A DNA stretch of 26,483 nucleotides from a candidate division WOR-3 bacterium (GCA_965649215.1 CBFGJZ010000022.1:1-26483); one strand, 5' to 3'; shown: positions 1 to 9,429, numbered from the stretch's first letter. Notes: a model not told the origin generated them from the sequence alone. Numbers and translations are program-made.

Positions 1-14
1 AGTTTATATAATTA

Positions 15-42
15 AATATAAGTGCTAAATAAGTAATGTCAA
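15..42 (-). promoter_or_regulatory. sigma70-type promoter for a gene beyond the left edge
   Basis: Minus strand TTGACA (42-37), 16 bp spacer, TATATT (20-15). Confidence 0.45.
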
Positions 43-53
43 GCAAATTTTTT

Positions 54-335
54 GTCATTGCGAAGGAGTATAACGACCGAAGCAATCTTACCGACAGTAT
101 TTAGCATTCTCATCTTATTACTGTATGCAAGATTGCCACGCTCATTCCATTCGCTCGCAATGACATTTGTGTAGTCTTGTCATTGCGAGGGAGCAAAGCG
201 ACCAAAGCAATCTTACCGACAGTATTTCCCATTTGTCATTGCAAGGGAGCAAAGCGACGAAGCAATCTTACCGACAGTCTTTCCCGTTTGTCATTGCGAG
301 GGAGTATAACGACCGAAGCAATCTTACCGACAGTA
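54..335. repeat. Cluster of 5 REP-like palindromic repeats (GTCATTGC[G/A]A..GCAATCTT, with ACCGACAGT tail on forward copies)
   Basis: Forward copies at 54-99, 179-224, 235-278, 290-335; inverted copy at 129-164. Copies starting at 179, 235 and 290 are tandem with 56/55-bp spacing. Confidence 0.9.
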
Positions 336-427
336 AAAAATCTAAAATCATCTCTTTGTCCTTACTTTCCTTTATGTCTTTATCTTTTTTAAGATTATAA
401 CCATAAAAGATTCTCGATACCTTACTT

Positions 428-643
428 AGCCATCTAAATAACCCAGTCGGTCACCATCTAGACAATATATTGGGCAATCGGTTATCTAACCTACTAATTA
501 AAATAGTAGATAATATAACAGATAACCGAATTAGTAATCTTTATAATGACATCGTCGGTCACATAATAGGTGAGCCGGGGGGCTACCTAATAGGCAACCT
601 ACAAGGTGACCTGCTAACTTAACTATCTGATAACCAATAAGGT
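428..643. repeat. Degenerate 12-bp-period tandem array, consensus AACCTANTAGGT
   Basis: 17 in-register units from 440 to 643 counted by hand: position 2 = A in 17/17, position 4 = C/A in 17/17, position 12 = T/C in 17/17, position 10 = purine in 16/17; weaker units at 428 and 416. Confidence 0.8.
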
Positions 644-699
644 TAGAGTGTACCCTGCGATTTTATAAAAGTATTTGATAAGTGTTCTCAAGTGGTTAT

Positions 700-845
700 A
701 AGATTGCCACGCTCATTTCATTCGCTCGCAATGACGGTAAAGGGCGTATGCAAGATTGCCACGCCGTCTTTGATGGCTCGCAATGACACCCTGCTATTTG
801 TCATTGCGAGGGAGTATAACGACCCAAGCAATCTTACCGACAGTA
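700..845. repeat. Cluster of 3 REP-like palindromic repeats, same family
   Basis: Inverted copies at 700-735 and 752-787; forward copy at 800-845 differs by one base from 290-335. Confidence 0.9.
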
Positions 846-866
846 TTTTGTCCTCCTGTATCAATC

Positions 867-895
867 TTGACATAAGATAGTATTGGCTTTATACT
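867..895 (+). promoter_or_regulatory. sigma70-type promoter for tRNA-Leu and the tig-clpP-clpX operon
   Basis: TTGACA (867-872), 17 bp spacer, TATACT (890-895), 9 bp before the tRNA. Confidence 0.75.
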
Positions 896-904
896 TAAAG
901 ACCT

Positions 905-988
905 GCGAGGATGGCGGAATCTGGCAGACGCACTGGATTTAGGATCCAGTGGAGAAAATCCGTGGGGGTTCAACTCCCCCTCCTCGCA
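905..988 (+). tRNA. tRNA-Leu(TAG)
   Basis: Acceptor stem GCGAGGA/TCCTCGC, anticodon arm CTGGA-TTTAGGA-TCCAG, long variable arm, GGTTCAACTCC T-arm; CCA not encoded; usual position upstream of tig. Confidence 0.95.
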
Positions 989-1038
989 TAAAAAGTAAAA
1001 AATAATAAAAAACTAAATAAAGAAAGAACTAATATAAA

Positions 1039-2253
1039 ATGGAAATAAAATTTAAAGAAACAAAACCTTATCTTAAAGAGATTGAAGTTACAATAGAACC
1101 ACAAACCGTGATTCAGAAGATTGAACAAGTAACTTCATCTTATGCCCAAAAAGCACAAATTCCCGGTTTTCGTAAAGGTATGGCACCCCGTCCTATCTTA
1201 CAAAAACGCTACGGTGCTACTTTTGAAGCAATGGCAATTGATGAACTGATTGAAGAGTCTTATAAAGAAATAATTGAAAAGCATAGTCTTGAACCTATCA
1301 GTCAAGCCAAAGTTAATGATTATCAAATTAGTGACGATAAAACCTTAAAGTTTGATTTAAGTTTTGAAGTGATTCCTGACTTTGAACTTAAAAATTACTT
1401 AGGTATCAAAATTAAGAAATTAGAACCAACTGGCTTTGATGAAGAGTTTGATAAACGGATTAAAGCTTTACAAGAACGATGTGCTACCTTCAGCACTCTT
1501 AATCGTCCTGCTCAAAATGGCGACTATGTATTAGTTGACTATGATATTTATGAAAATGAACAGAGTGTAAGCAAAAAGCAAACTGGCGTTATGATTGAAG
1601 TTGGTGGTGAAAAAAATATGCCTGAAATTAACCAAGCCCTGCTTAATGGTCAAGCCGGTGAACAAAAATCAGCAACAATTACTTTTCCTGCGGATTATCC
1701 TGAAAAAACTTTAGCAAATCGGACTTTGACTTATAAATTTTATATTCGTGATGTTAAAGAGAAAAAATTGCCTGAAATTGATGATAATTTTGCAATTGAT
1801 TTAGGATTCAAAGACCTAAGCGAACTTCGCAATCAGATCAATGAAGAAATTCTACAAGACCGAGCCCAGATTATTAACGAAGATATGAAAAATCAAATTT
1901 ATAAGTATCTTATTCGGGAGCATGATTTTGAAGTCCCGCCAAGTTATGTTGAGCAAACCTATCAAGAGTTATTAAACGAATTTAATATTCAAGACGACAC
2001 TAAAGCCAAAGAAAAATTATATCCTTTTGCTATTGAACGAGCCAAGTTTAATATTATTATCAATCGGATTGCTCGTAAAGAAGGGATCATGCCTACGGAA
2101 AAAGATATTGAACAAGAATTACAAAAATATCTTAATGCCGGTCTTAAACAAGACCAATTAGAAATGTTAAGCAAGAGCCCTGTGTTTTTAGGACGCTTGA
2201 TACAAAATAAGACTTTGGATTGGCTCATTGAACGAGCCGATATATCTAATTAA
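1039..2253 (+). CDS. tig: Trigger factor
   Basis: IPGFRKGMAP ribosome-binding signature, FKBP-like middle domain (TFPADY), position before clpP-clpX. Confidence 0.95.
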   Translation: MEIKFKETKPYLKEIEVTIEPQTVIQKIEQVTSSYAQKAQIPGFRKGMAPRPILQKRYGATFEAMAIDELIEESYKEIIEKHSLEPISQAKVNDYQISDDKTLKFDLSFEVIPDFELKNYLGIKIKKLEPTGFDEEFDKRIKALQERCATFSTLNRPAQNGDYVLVDYDIYENEQSVSKKQTGVMIEVGGEKNMPEINQALLNGQAGEQKSATITFPADYPEKTLANRTLTYKFYIRDVKEKKLPEIDDNFAIDLGFKDLSELRNQINEEILQDRAQIINEDMKNQIYKYLIREHDFEVPPSYVEQTYQELLNEFNIQDDTKAKEKLYPFAIERAKFNIIINRIARKEGIMPTEKDIEQELQKYLNAGLKQDQLEMLSKSPVFLGRLIQNKTLDWLIERADISN

Positions 2254-2264
2254 GGAGGTAATTT

Positions 2265-2846
2265 ATGTATATTCCAATTGTGATTGAACAGACCGGCCGG
2301 GGTGAACGAGCGTATGATATCTATTCTCGGCTACTAAAAGAACGGATTATCTTTGTTGGAATGCCGATTGACGACACGGTGGCTAATTTAGTAATTGCTC
2401 AACTATTGTTTTTAGAAGCTGAAGACCCTGATAAAGATATTTCATTATACATCAATTCGCCAGGTGGTATTGTTTCATCCGGACTGGCAATTTATGATAC
2501 TATTCAATATATTCGACCTAAAGTATCAACAATTTGTATGGGTATGGCGGCCAGTTTTGCCGCTTTGCTTTTGGCGTGTGGTGAAAAAGGTAAACGCTTT
2601 GCCCTGCCCCATTCACGGATTATGATTCATCAACCTGAAGTTGCCGGCCTTTCAGGTCAAGCCACTGATATTGAAATCCATGCTAAAGAAGTTATTAAAC
2701 TTAAACAGCAATTAGCCGAACTTTTAGCCAAACATACGGGTCAAACCGTTGAGAAAATCTTAGCCGACACTGACCGAAATTATTTTATGTCGGCTCAAGA
2801 AGCTAAAAATTATGGCATTATTGATGAAGTGATTGAACGAAGATAA
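2265..2846 (+). CDS. clpP: ATP-dependent Clp protease proteolytic subunit
   Basis: [26 protein letters not shown] (S97), IMIHQP (H122); AAGGAGGT SD. Confidence 0.97.
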   Translation: MYIPIVIEQTGRGERAYDIYSRLLKERIIFVGMPIDDTVANLVIAQLLFLEAEDPDKDISLYINSPGGIVSSGLAIYDTIQYIRPKVSTICMGMAASFAALLLACGEKGKRFALPHSRIMIHQPEVAGLSGQATDIEIHAKEVIKLKQQLAELLAKHTGQTVEKILADTDRNYFMSAQEAKNYGIIDEVIERR

Positions 2847-2847
2847 A

Positions 2848-4086
2848 ATGTCTAAATCCCAATTGCGACGCTGTTCATTCTGTAATCGACCCGAAACCAC
2901 GGTTCGCGCTATGATCAGTGGACTTAAAGCAAATATCTGTGATGACTGCATTCGCTTTAGTCAAAAGATGCTGGATGATAAAGAAAAACATAAGTTTTTT
3001 GCAACTGTTCACTCAGTCCCGCCACCCGCAGAAATTATGTCATTCTTAAATGAATATGTCATTGGTCAAGAACAAGCCAAAAAAGTCTTATCCGTCGCAG
3101 TTTATAATCATTATAAACGGGTCTTTTCCAGTAAAGCCAAAGTTGATATCGAAAAGAGTAATATATTATTAATTGGTCCGACTGGCGTTGGAAAAACCCT
3201 CTTAGCCGAAACCTTAGCAAAAGTCTTAAATGTCCCATTCTCAATTTCCGATGCCACTCCGCTAACCGAAGCCGGTTATGTGGGTGAAGATGTTGAAAAT
3301 ATTCTACTCCGTTTAATCCAAGCCGCTAATTATGATTTAGAATTAGCATCCATTGGTATTGTCTATTTAGATGAACTTGATAAAATTGGTAGAAAGAGTG
3401 ATTCGCCTTCAATCACTCGTGATGTTTCCGGTGAAGGTGTCCAACAAGCATTGCTTAAAATTTTAGAAGGCACGATTGCCAATATTCCACCTCACGGAGG
3501 CCGTAAACATCCCGAACAAGAATATATTCAACTAAATACGAAAAATATCCTTTTTATCTGTGGCGGTTCGTTTGTCGGATTAGAAAAGATTATTGAACAA
3601 CGAATTCGAAAATCAAGCCTGGGTTTTCAAGCCAAAATCTTTTCTAAATCTGATTTTGATAAAGATAAATTGCTAAGTTATGTTGAGCCTGATGATTTGA
3701 TAAAATTTGGTTTAATTCCCGAATTAGTCGGTCGTCTTCCTGTGATTTGCACTTTACATAGTCTCTCGCGCAGTGCTTTATTAGATATTCTCACTAAACC
3801 TCGTAATGCTTTAATAAAGCAGTATGAATATTATTTTGAATTAGAAGGAATTAAATTAACTTTTCAAGAAAAAGCGTTAGAAGCAGTTGCTGATTTAGCT
3901 ATGGCAAGAAATACTGGTGCCCGTGGCCTTCGAGCAATAATGGAAAATGCCTTATTGGATATTATGTTTGACTTGCCGTCCAAAAAAGAAGAAGATATTG
4001 AAGAATGTATTATCACACCTGAAGTTATCCTTTCTAAAGCCCAACCAATTTATGTGCCAAAATCACGCAAACGCAAAAAAGCATAA
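2848..4086 (+). CDS. clpX: ATP-dependent Clp protease ATP-binding subunit
   Basis: CSFC..CDDC zinc domain, GPTGVGKT Walker [18 protein letters not shown] and LGF loops; ATG at 2848 just after the clpP stop. Confidence 0.97.
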   Translation: MSKSQLRRCSFCNRPETTVRAMISGLKANICDDCIRFSQKMLDDKEKHKFFATVHSVPPPAEIMSFLNEYVIGQEQAKKVLSVAVYNHYKRVFSSKAKVDIEKSNILLIGPTGVGKTLLAETLAKVLNVPFSISDATPLTEAGYVGEDVENILLRLIQAANYDLELASIGIVYLDELDKIGRKSDSPSITRDVSGEGVQQALLKILEGTIANIPPHGGRKHPEQEYIQLNTKNILFICGGSFVGLEKIIEQRIRKSSLGFQAKIFSKSDFDKDKLLSYVEPDDLIKFGLIPELVGRLPVICTLHSLSRSALLDILTKPRNALIKQYEYYFELEGIKLTFQEKALEAVADLAMARNTGARGLRAIMENALLDIMFDLPSKKEEDIEECIITPEVILSKAQPIYVPKSRKRKKA

Positions 4087-4102
4087 ACTATATCGTATCC
4101 CT

Positions 4103-5410
4103 ATGAAAAAAATATTCCGCTATTTTTTAGTATTACTATTTTTAATGTTAATTTTCGGGTGGCAAAAAATTAAGGCCCAATCTGAAATCTGGGCAAAGAT
4201 AACCGCAGGTGCAACGCGTCAGAGAATTCGTTTAGCTATCGCTGACTTTTATACTGAAGTAAATACCCCCCAAAGTCTTCTCGATAATATCCTGGAAATT
4301 AGAAATGTCATTATTGATGATTTAGAGTTTTCTCTTTATTTTGATGTGATCCGCCCCGACTCGACTAAGAAATTTAGTGCAATTGATAAAAAAATTGATT
4401 ATCAAGGTTGGCAAAGTACTGGTGCCCAAGTGCTTTTAGCGGCTGATTTACAAATTAAGAAACGAACGAATCTAACAATTCGCTTATATGATCTCTTCAC
4501 CCGTAAACAGATTGGCAGTAAAAATTATGAGTTGACTGATAATTATCGGGCTTTAAGTCATCGCATCGCTGATGAGGTCATTAAAATCTTAACTGGTGAA
4601 GACGGCATTAATCAAACCCAAATCGCTTTTTCTTTACGAAAAGGCAATGCCAAAGAACTTGCAATTGTTGATTATGATGGTTATAACTTAAAACAATTAA
4701 CCGATGCTGGCGGTCTCAAATTGTTTCCTGACTGGTCTCATAATGGACAAAAGATTGCTTTTTGTAGTTATGCAAATAATAATCTCAACATCTACACTTA
4801 CGATACGAAAAGAGCCACGATTGATTTAATCGTTGATAAGTATGGCTTAAATACTACGCCCGCATATTCTCCTGATGGTAAACTTATTGCCGCAAGTTTA
4901 AGTTTTGAAGGTAATTCTGATATCTATCTTATGAATGCGGATGGTAAAAATTTACGACGATTAACCTTTGGCAATTCAATTGAAATTTCACCTACTTGGT
5001 CACCCAGTGGCCAAGAGATTGCTTTTGTTTCTGACCGCACCGGTACACCCCAAATTTATATTATGAACATTGACGGGACTAATGTTCGCCGTTTGACCTT
5101 TGAAGGAGCTTATAACACTTCACCGGCTTGGTCACCTCGTGGTGATTTAATTGCTTATGTCTCCCGAGTCGGTGGTAATCACCAAATCTTCGTCAGTGAT
5201 ATTACAGGGACTAACCAGGTACAGTTGACTCATATCAGAAATAATGAAGAACCAAGTTGGTCACCAGATGGTCTGCATATTGTCTTCAGTTCTAATCGAG
5301 ATGGTAATAATGAACTCTATCTGATGCATTGGAATGGCAGTGGCCAAAGAAAAATAACCAATACCGCAGGTGCTTTTTCACCAGCTTGGTCACCCCGTTT
5401 AGGGAGATAA
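4103..5410 (+). CDS. tolB: Tol-Pal beta-propeller protein TolB-like, periplasmic
   Basis: Signal-peptide-like MKKIFRYFLVLLFLML from ATG 4103, TolB-N-like segment (DDLEFSLYF, HRIADEVIKILTGEDG), repeated P-x-(W/Y)-SP-x-G blades. Confidence 0.85.
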   Translation: MKKIFRYFLVLLFLMLIFGWQKIKAQSEIWAKITAGATRQRIRLAIADFYTEVNTPQSLLDNILEIRNVIIDDLEFSLYFDVIRPDSTKKFSAIDKKIDYQGWQSTGAQVLLAADLQIKKRTNLTIRLYDLFTRKQIGSKNYELTDNYRALSHRIADEVIKILTGEDGINQTQIAFSLRKGNAKELAIVDYDGYNLKQLTDAGGLKLFPDWSHNGQKIAFCSYANNNLNIYTYDTKRATIDLIVDKYGLNTTPAYSPDGKLIAASLSFEGNSDIYLMNADGKNLRRLTFGNSIEISPTWSPSGQEIAFVSDRTGTPQIYIMNIDGTNVRRLTFEGAYNTSPAWSPRGDLIAYVSRVGGNHQIFVSDITGTNQVQLTHIRNNEEPSWSPDGLHIVFSSNRDGNNELYLMHWNGSGQRKITNTAGAFSPAWSPRLGR

Positions 5411-5416
5411 AAGAAA

Positions 5417-6772
5417 ATGTCAAAACGCCTACAAAGACCAGTTAATCCTGCTCGCTTATTGATAATTGGTTATCTGTCTATTATTCTAATCGGTGCTGTT
5501 CTTTTATACCTACCAATCTCTTCTGAAAATATCTCACCGATTGATGCCTTATATACCTCAACATCAGCAGTTTGTGTTACGGGTTTAATTGTCAAAGATA
5601 CAGCGACTGATTTTACTTTAATTGGCAAGATTATTATTCTCTTGTTAATTCAGATTGGTGGCCTTGGTTATATGACCTTATCTACTGCATTTTTCTTTTT
5701 TATCGGTCAGAAATTAAGTTTACGGGATAGACTTTTAACCCGAGAATCAATTAATTATTTAAGTTATGATAACTTACGACGATTTGCCTTTAATGTTGTT
5801 CGTCTCACTTTTATATTTGAGCTTTTAGGAGCGATTGTCCTTACTATTAAATTTGTGCAACAAGATATGAAAATTGAAACTGCAATTGGTCATGCCATCT
5901 TTCATTCAGTCTCCGCTTTCTGTAATGCTGGTTTTTCAACATTTTCAAATAACCTTGGCAGTTTTTCGCATAGTATCTTAGTACCCTTAACAATTGCCAC
6001 TTTATTTATTTGTGGCGGAGTTGGCTTTGTCGTTTTATCAGATATTTATAAGACATTTATCAAAAGAACTAATCGTTATTTATCTTTACATAGTAAGACT
6101 GTTTTATCAGTCAGCGCATTTTTAATTCTTTTTGGTACGATTATTATTTTATTACTAGAATGGGATCATAGCTTACACGGTTATTCGTTCACCCAACGCA
6201 TTATTTTAGGTTTATTTCATGCGGTTACGCCTCGTACCGCAGGTTTTAATATCTTAAACATTGCTAATTTTTACCCTGCTACATTATTTTTTATCATAAT
6301 TTTAATGTTTATCGGTGCATCCTCAGGTAGCACCGGTGGCGGTATCAAAACAACTACTTTCAGTTTAATTATTCTTCAACTAAAAGCATTGCTTACAGGA
6401 CAAACCGAAATTTTAGTCTTTCAGAGAAAAATAAACCAAGAACAGATTTTTAAGGCATTTTTAATTGTCGGACTGGCTGTAACTTGGCTCTTGACATCTT
6501 TAATTTTACTCTTAATCTTTAATAAAGAGAATATGGATATAATGTCTTTAATATTTGAACTATTTTCTGCCTTTGGCACAGTCGGCTTATCGGTCGGTTC
6601 TAAAGTGGTTAGTAATCTATCAGCATCTTATGATTATTCGGTCCTTGGTAAATTAGTTATTATTTTAACTATGATTATTGGACGAGTTGGTATTTTAACC
6701 TTAGCCACTGCTTTAATAAAAAAGAAAATTGTATCTTATACACATCCGGAAGGGGTGATTTTAGTTGGCTAA
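5417..6772 (+). CDS. ktrB: Trk/Ktr potassium uptake membrane subunit
   Basis: Four pore motifs SAVCVTGL, SAFCNAGF, PRTAGF, SAFGTVGLS; STGGGIKTTTF. Confidence 0.9.
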   Translation: MSKRLQRPVNPARLLIIGYLSIILIGAVLLYLPISSENISPIDALYTSTSAVCVTGLIVKDTATDFTLIGKIIILLLIQIGGLGYMTLSTAFFFFIGQKLSLRDRLLTRESINYLSYDNLRRFAFNVVRLTFIFELLGAIVLTIKFVQQDMKIETAIGHAIFHSVSAFCNAGFSTFSNNLGSFSHSILVPLTIATLFICGGVGFVVLSDIYKTFIKRTNRYLSLHSKTVLSVSAFLILFGTIIILLLEWDHSLHGYSFTQRIILGLFHAVTPRTAGFNILNIANFYPATLFFIIILMFIGASSGSTGGGIKTTTFSLIILQLKALLTGQTEILVFQRKINQEQIFKAFLIVGLAVTWLLTSLILLLIFNKENMDIMSLIFELFSAFGTVGLSVGSKVVSNLSASYDYSVLGKLVIILTMIIGRVGILTLATALIKKKIVSYTHPEGVILVG

Positions 6773-7454
6773 AACATTTGCTGTAATTGGTTTAGGTCGC
6801 TTTGGCTCAAATATTGCTAAAGCCTTAGCTGAAAAAGGGTTTGATGTGATGGTTATTGATTCAGATGAAAACGAAGTGCGAGAATTTTCGGAAATTGTAA
6901 CCAATAGTTTAGTATTAGACGCTACTGATGAACGCGCTCTGAAAGAAGCAGGTATTAGTGATGTTGATGTGGCAATTGTCAGTGTTGGTCAAAACATTGA
7001 TACCAGTATTCTCATCACTTTATTACTTAAAGAACTGGGTGTAAAGTATGTAGTTGTCAAGGCAGTTAACGATAAACATGGAAAAATTTTACAACGGATT
7101 GGTGCTGATAAAGTAATTTATCCCGAGCGTGAAGTTGCCACCCGCTTAGCAGAAAGTTTTGTCTCACCAAAGATTTTTGATTATATTGAACTCTCCCCTA
7201 CGCACAGTATTATTGAAATTGCTGCCCCAAAAGAATTTGTGGGAAAAACTATTCGAGAATTAGCCTTACGAGAAAAATATCGGGTTTCGTTAATTGCAAT
7301 TAAACGGCGCATTCCAATTATTACTAATAAAGGCACACCTGACTTTAAAGAAGAAATTAATATCTCACCAGCCGCAGATGATGAAATCCAAGAAGGCGAT
7401 GTGATCACATTGCTTGGTAAATATGAAGATTTAGAACGAATCGAACGCTTATAA
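6765..7454 (+). CDS. ktrA: Trk/Ktr potassium uptake RCK regulatory subunit
   Basis: VIGLGRFG Rossmann motif, GADKVIYPE, C-terminal RCK_C; TTG start overlapping the upstream gene with GGGGTG SD. Confidence 0.9.
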   Translation: MAKTFAVIGLGRFGSNIAKALAEKGFDVMVIDSDENEVREFSEIVTNSLVLDATDERALKEAGISDVDVAIVSVGQNIDTSILITLLLKELGVKYVVVKAVNDKHGKILQRIGADKVIYPEREVATRLAESFVSPKIFDYIELSPTHSIIEIAAPKEFVGKTIRELALREKYRVSLIAIKRRIPIITNKGTPDFKEEINISPAADDEIQEGDVITLLGKYEDLERIERL

Positions 7455-7465
7455 TTATTCCTCGT

Positions 7466-7729
7466 ATGAAAAAAAAGAAAAACTCTTCCTGCCAAGATCA
7501 TATTGAATTAGCCCAGTTCTATATGCTTAATCAGAAATATCAAGAAGCAATTAAACATTTCAAAATCGCTTTAGAAATTAAACCCGATGCTCAAGTTTAT
7601 TACCAACTTGGTTTAGCCTATGAAGCATCTAATGAAATTTCCTTAGCCCAAGAAATGTATCGTAAAGCATTAGAATTAGACAAAACCTTAAATGAAGCAG
7701 CGGAACATCTCAAGAACATTACTACCTAG
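7466..7729 (+). CDS. Small tetratricopeptide repeat protein
   Basis: Two TPR-like units (AIKHFKIALEIKP; YYQLGLAY..YRKALELD); in operon context. Confidence 0.75.
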   Translation: MKKKKNSSCQDHIELAQFYMLNQKYQEAIKHFKIALEIKPDAQVYYQLGLAYEASNEISLAQEMYRKALELDKTLNEAAEHLKNITT

Positions 7730-7745
7730 TCTTAACCATTTTAAG

Positions 7746-9206
7746 ATGAAAATTTTAATCATAATATTTTTAACAATATTATTTAATATTACAGAGGGGG
7801 GAAAGATGATAAGAACACCAGTTGTAAGTGGACAATTTTATCCTGCAGATAGTAAAACTCTAACTAAAACTATTGATGATTTGTTAAATCAAGTAAAAGT
7901 GCCTGCAATTAGTGGTCATATTTATGGCATCGTTGTGCCCCACGCCGGTTATCCTTATTCTGGTTTCACTGCTGCCCATGCTTATAAAATTATCGCTAAC
8001 CAAGATATCCAGACGGTGATTCTATTGGGTCCAACTCATCAAGTTTTTCTTAATGATTTTGCAATTTATGGTGAAGGTACCTGGCAAACCCCCTTAGGCG
8101 AAGTCGAGATTGATACCAACCTAGCTAATGTCTTAATAAAAAGTTATTCTAAAATAAAAAACCTACCCCAAGCCCATAACCAAGAACACTCTCTTGAAGT
8201 GCAAATTCCCTTTTTACAACGAACTTTGAAAAATATTAAAATAGTTCCGATTATGATGTTAGAGCCATCTTATGATGAATGTCAAAAATTAGCCAAAACA
8301 ATTGCCCACGTTTGCCAAGATAAAAAAGTTTTGGTATTAGCATCATCAGATTTATATCATGGTTATTCCTATACAGATTGCCAAAAAACTGATGCTTTAA
8401 CTTTAAGTTATCTAACAAAATATGACCCTGCTGGTTTATATAAAGCACTTCAAACCAATAAAGCTCAAGCTTGTGGAGGATATCCAATTGTTGTGGCAAT
8501 GCTTACAGCCCAACATTTAGGTGCGGATAAATCGCGCATTCTTTATCAAACTAATTCTAACGATGTCATTGGAGAGCGAGGTGGTTATTGTGTGGGTTAT
8601 GCTTCAGCCATCTTTTTTAAGGAAACTAATCAATCAAACAATAAACAAGAAGATGCTATTGAATTTACTAAACAAGAACAACAAGAATTGATTAATATCG
8701 CCCGAAAGACTTTAGAATCATATATCAATAATAAAATTAAACCAATTTTCAAACCTAGCACTGAACGGCTTAAAGAAGAATATGGCGTCTTTGTAACCTT
8801 AAAAAAGCATGGAGAATTAAGAGGTTGTATTGGTTATGTCCAGGGTATTAAGCCATTATACGAAGCAGTTGCGGACATGACCATTGCTGCTGCTACTGAA
8901 GACCCCCGATTTCCTTCAGTTCAGAAATTTGAACTTAAAGATATTGACATTGAAATTACAGTTATGACGCCACTTAAAAAAATAGCTAGCATTGATGAAA
9001 TCATAGTTGGTAAACATGGTTTATTAATTAAAAGAGGCAATCGATCAGGACTTTTATTACCACAAGTTGCTACTGAAGAAGGTTGGGATAAAATTACATT
9101 CTTACAACACACATGTTGGAAAGCAGGCTTGCCGGAAAATGCTTGGCAAGATAAAAATACAGAAATCTACATCTTTTCTGGCACAATTATCCACGAAAAA
9201 AAATAA
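7746..9206 (+). CDS. AmmeMemoRadiSam system protein B (MEMO-like) fused to protein A (AMMECR1-like)
   Basis: SGQFYP, VPHAGYPYSG, EHSLEVQIPFLQ, ASSDLYH, ACG (MEMO); GVFVTLKKHGELRGCIG, DPRF, GLLLPQVA, CWKAGL (AMMECR1). Start is ATG 7746 or ATG 7806, the latter with GAGGGG upstream. Confidence 0.9.
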   Translation: MKILIIIFLTILFNITEGGKMIRTPVVSGQFYPADSKTLTKTIDDLLNQVKVPAISGHIYGIVVPHAGYPYSGFTAAHAYKIIANQDIQTVILLGPTHQVFLNDFAIYGEGTWQTPLGEVEIDTNLANVLIKSYSKIKNLPQAHNQEHSLEVQIPFLQRTLKNIKIVPIMMLEPSYDECQKLAKTIAHVCQDKKVLVLASSDLYHGYSYTDCQKTDALTLSYLTKYDPAGLYKALQTNKAQACGGYPIVVAMLTAQHLGADKSRILYQTNSNDVIGERGGYCVGYASAIFFKETNQSNNKQEDAIEFTKQEQQELINIARKTLESYINNKIKPIFKPSTERLKEEYGVFVTLKKHGELRGCIGYVQGIKPLYEAVADMTIAAATEDPRFPSVQKFELKDIDIEITVMTPLKKIASIDEIIVGKHGLLIKRGNRSGLLLPQVATEEGWDKITFLQHTCWKAGLPENAWQDKNTEIYIFSGTIIHEKK

Positions 9207-9272
9207 CAATCGTTTAGATTATTTATATTTATTATATATATTTCATTCAGAGCGAGCGAAAAAGTATTTGTC

Positions 9273-9301
9273 TTGACTTATTAATATTTATTATTTATTA
9301 T
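9273..9301 (+). promoter_or_regulatory. sigma70-type promoter for tRNA-Pro
   Basis: TTGACT (9273-9278), 17 bp spacer, TATTAT (9296-9301). Confidence 0.65.
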
Positions 9302-9308
9302 TATTTCA

Positions 9309-9383
<75 letters not shown>

Positions 9384-9429
9384 TTTTATTGTATAATATT
9401 AAATTTTTTTAGAGGAAATAATAAAGATG

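Noticed and set aside
2-28. CIRCE (HrcA) element
   Set aside because: Only a right-arm-like AAGTGCTAA at 20-28 is present; no TTAGCACTC left arm 9 bp upstream
54-335. CRISPR array
   Set aside because: Inter-repeat linkers are only about 10 bp and similar to each other, copies occur in both orientations, variation is inside the repeat, and no cas genes are present
407-622. Tetrapeptide-repeat protein from the 12-bp array (..NPVG HHLD NILG..)
   Set aside because: No ATG or SD, the periodic pattern continues through stop codons, and the palindromic consensus gives a similar pattern on the opposite strand; not fully excluded
336-700. Replication origin oriC
   Set aside because: No clustered DnaA boxes (TTATCCACA) seen and no dnaA, dnaN or gidA context
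167-880. Short ORFs 167-400, 177-392 and 692-880
   Set aside because: They are translations of the REP-like repeats with no SD or protein-family features
3947-4102. ORF-track N-terminal extension of tolB
   Set aside because: Overlaps clpX out of frame; the signal peptide begins at ATG 4103
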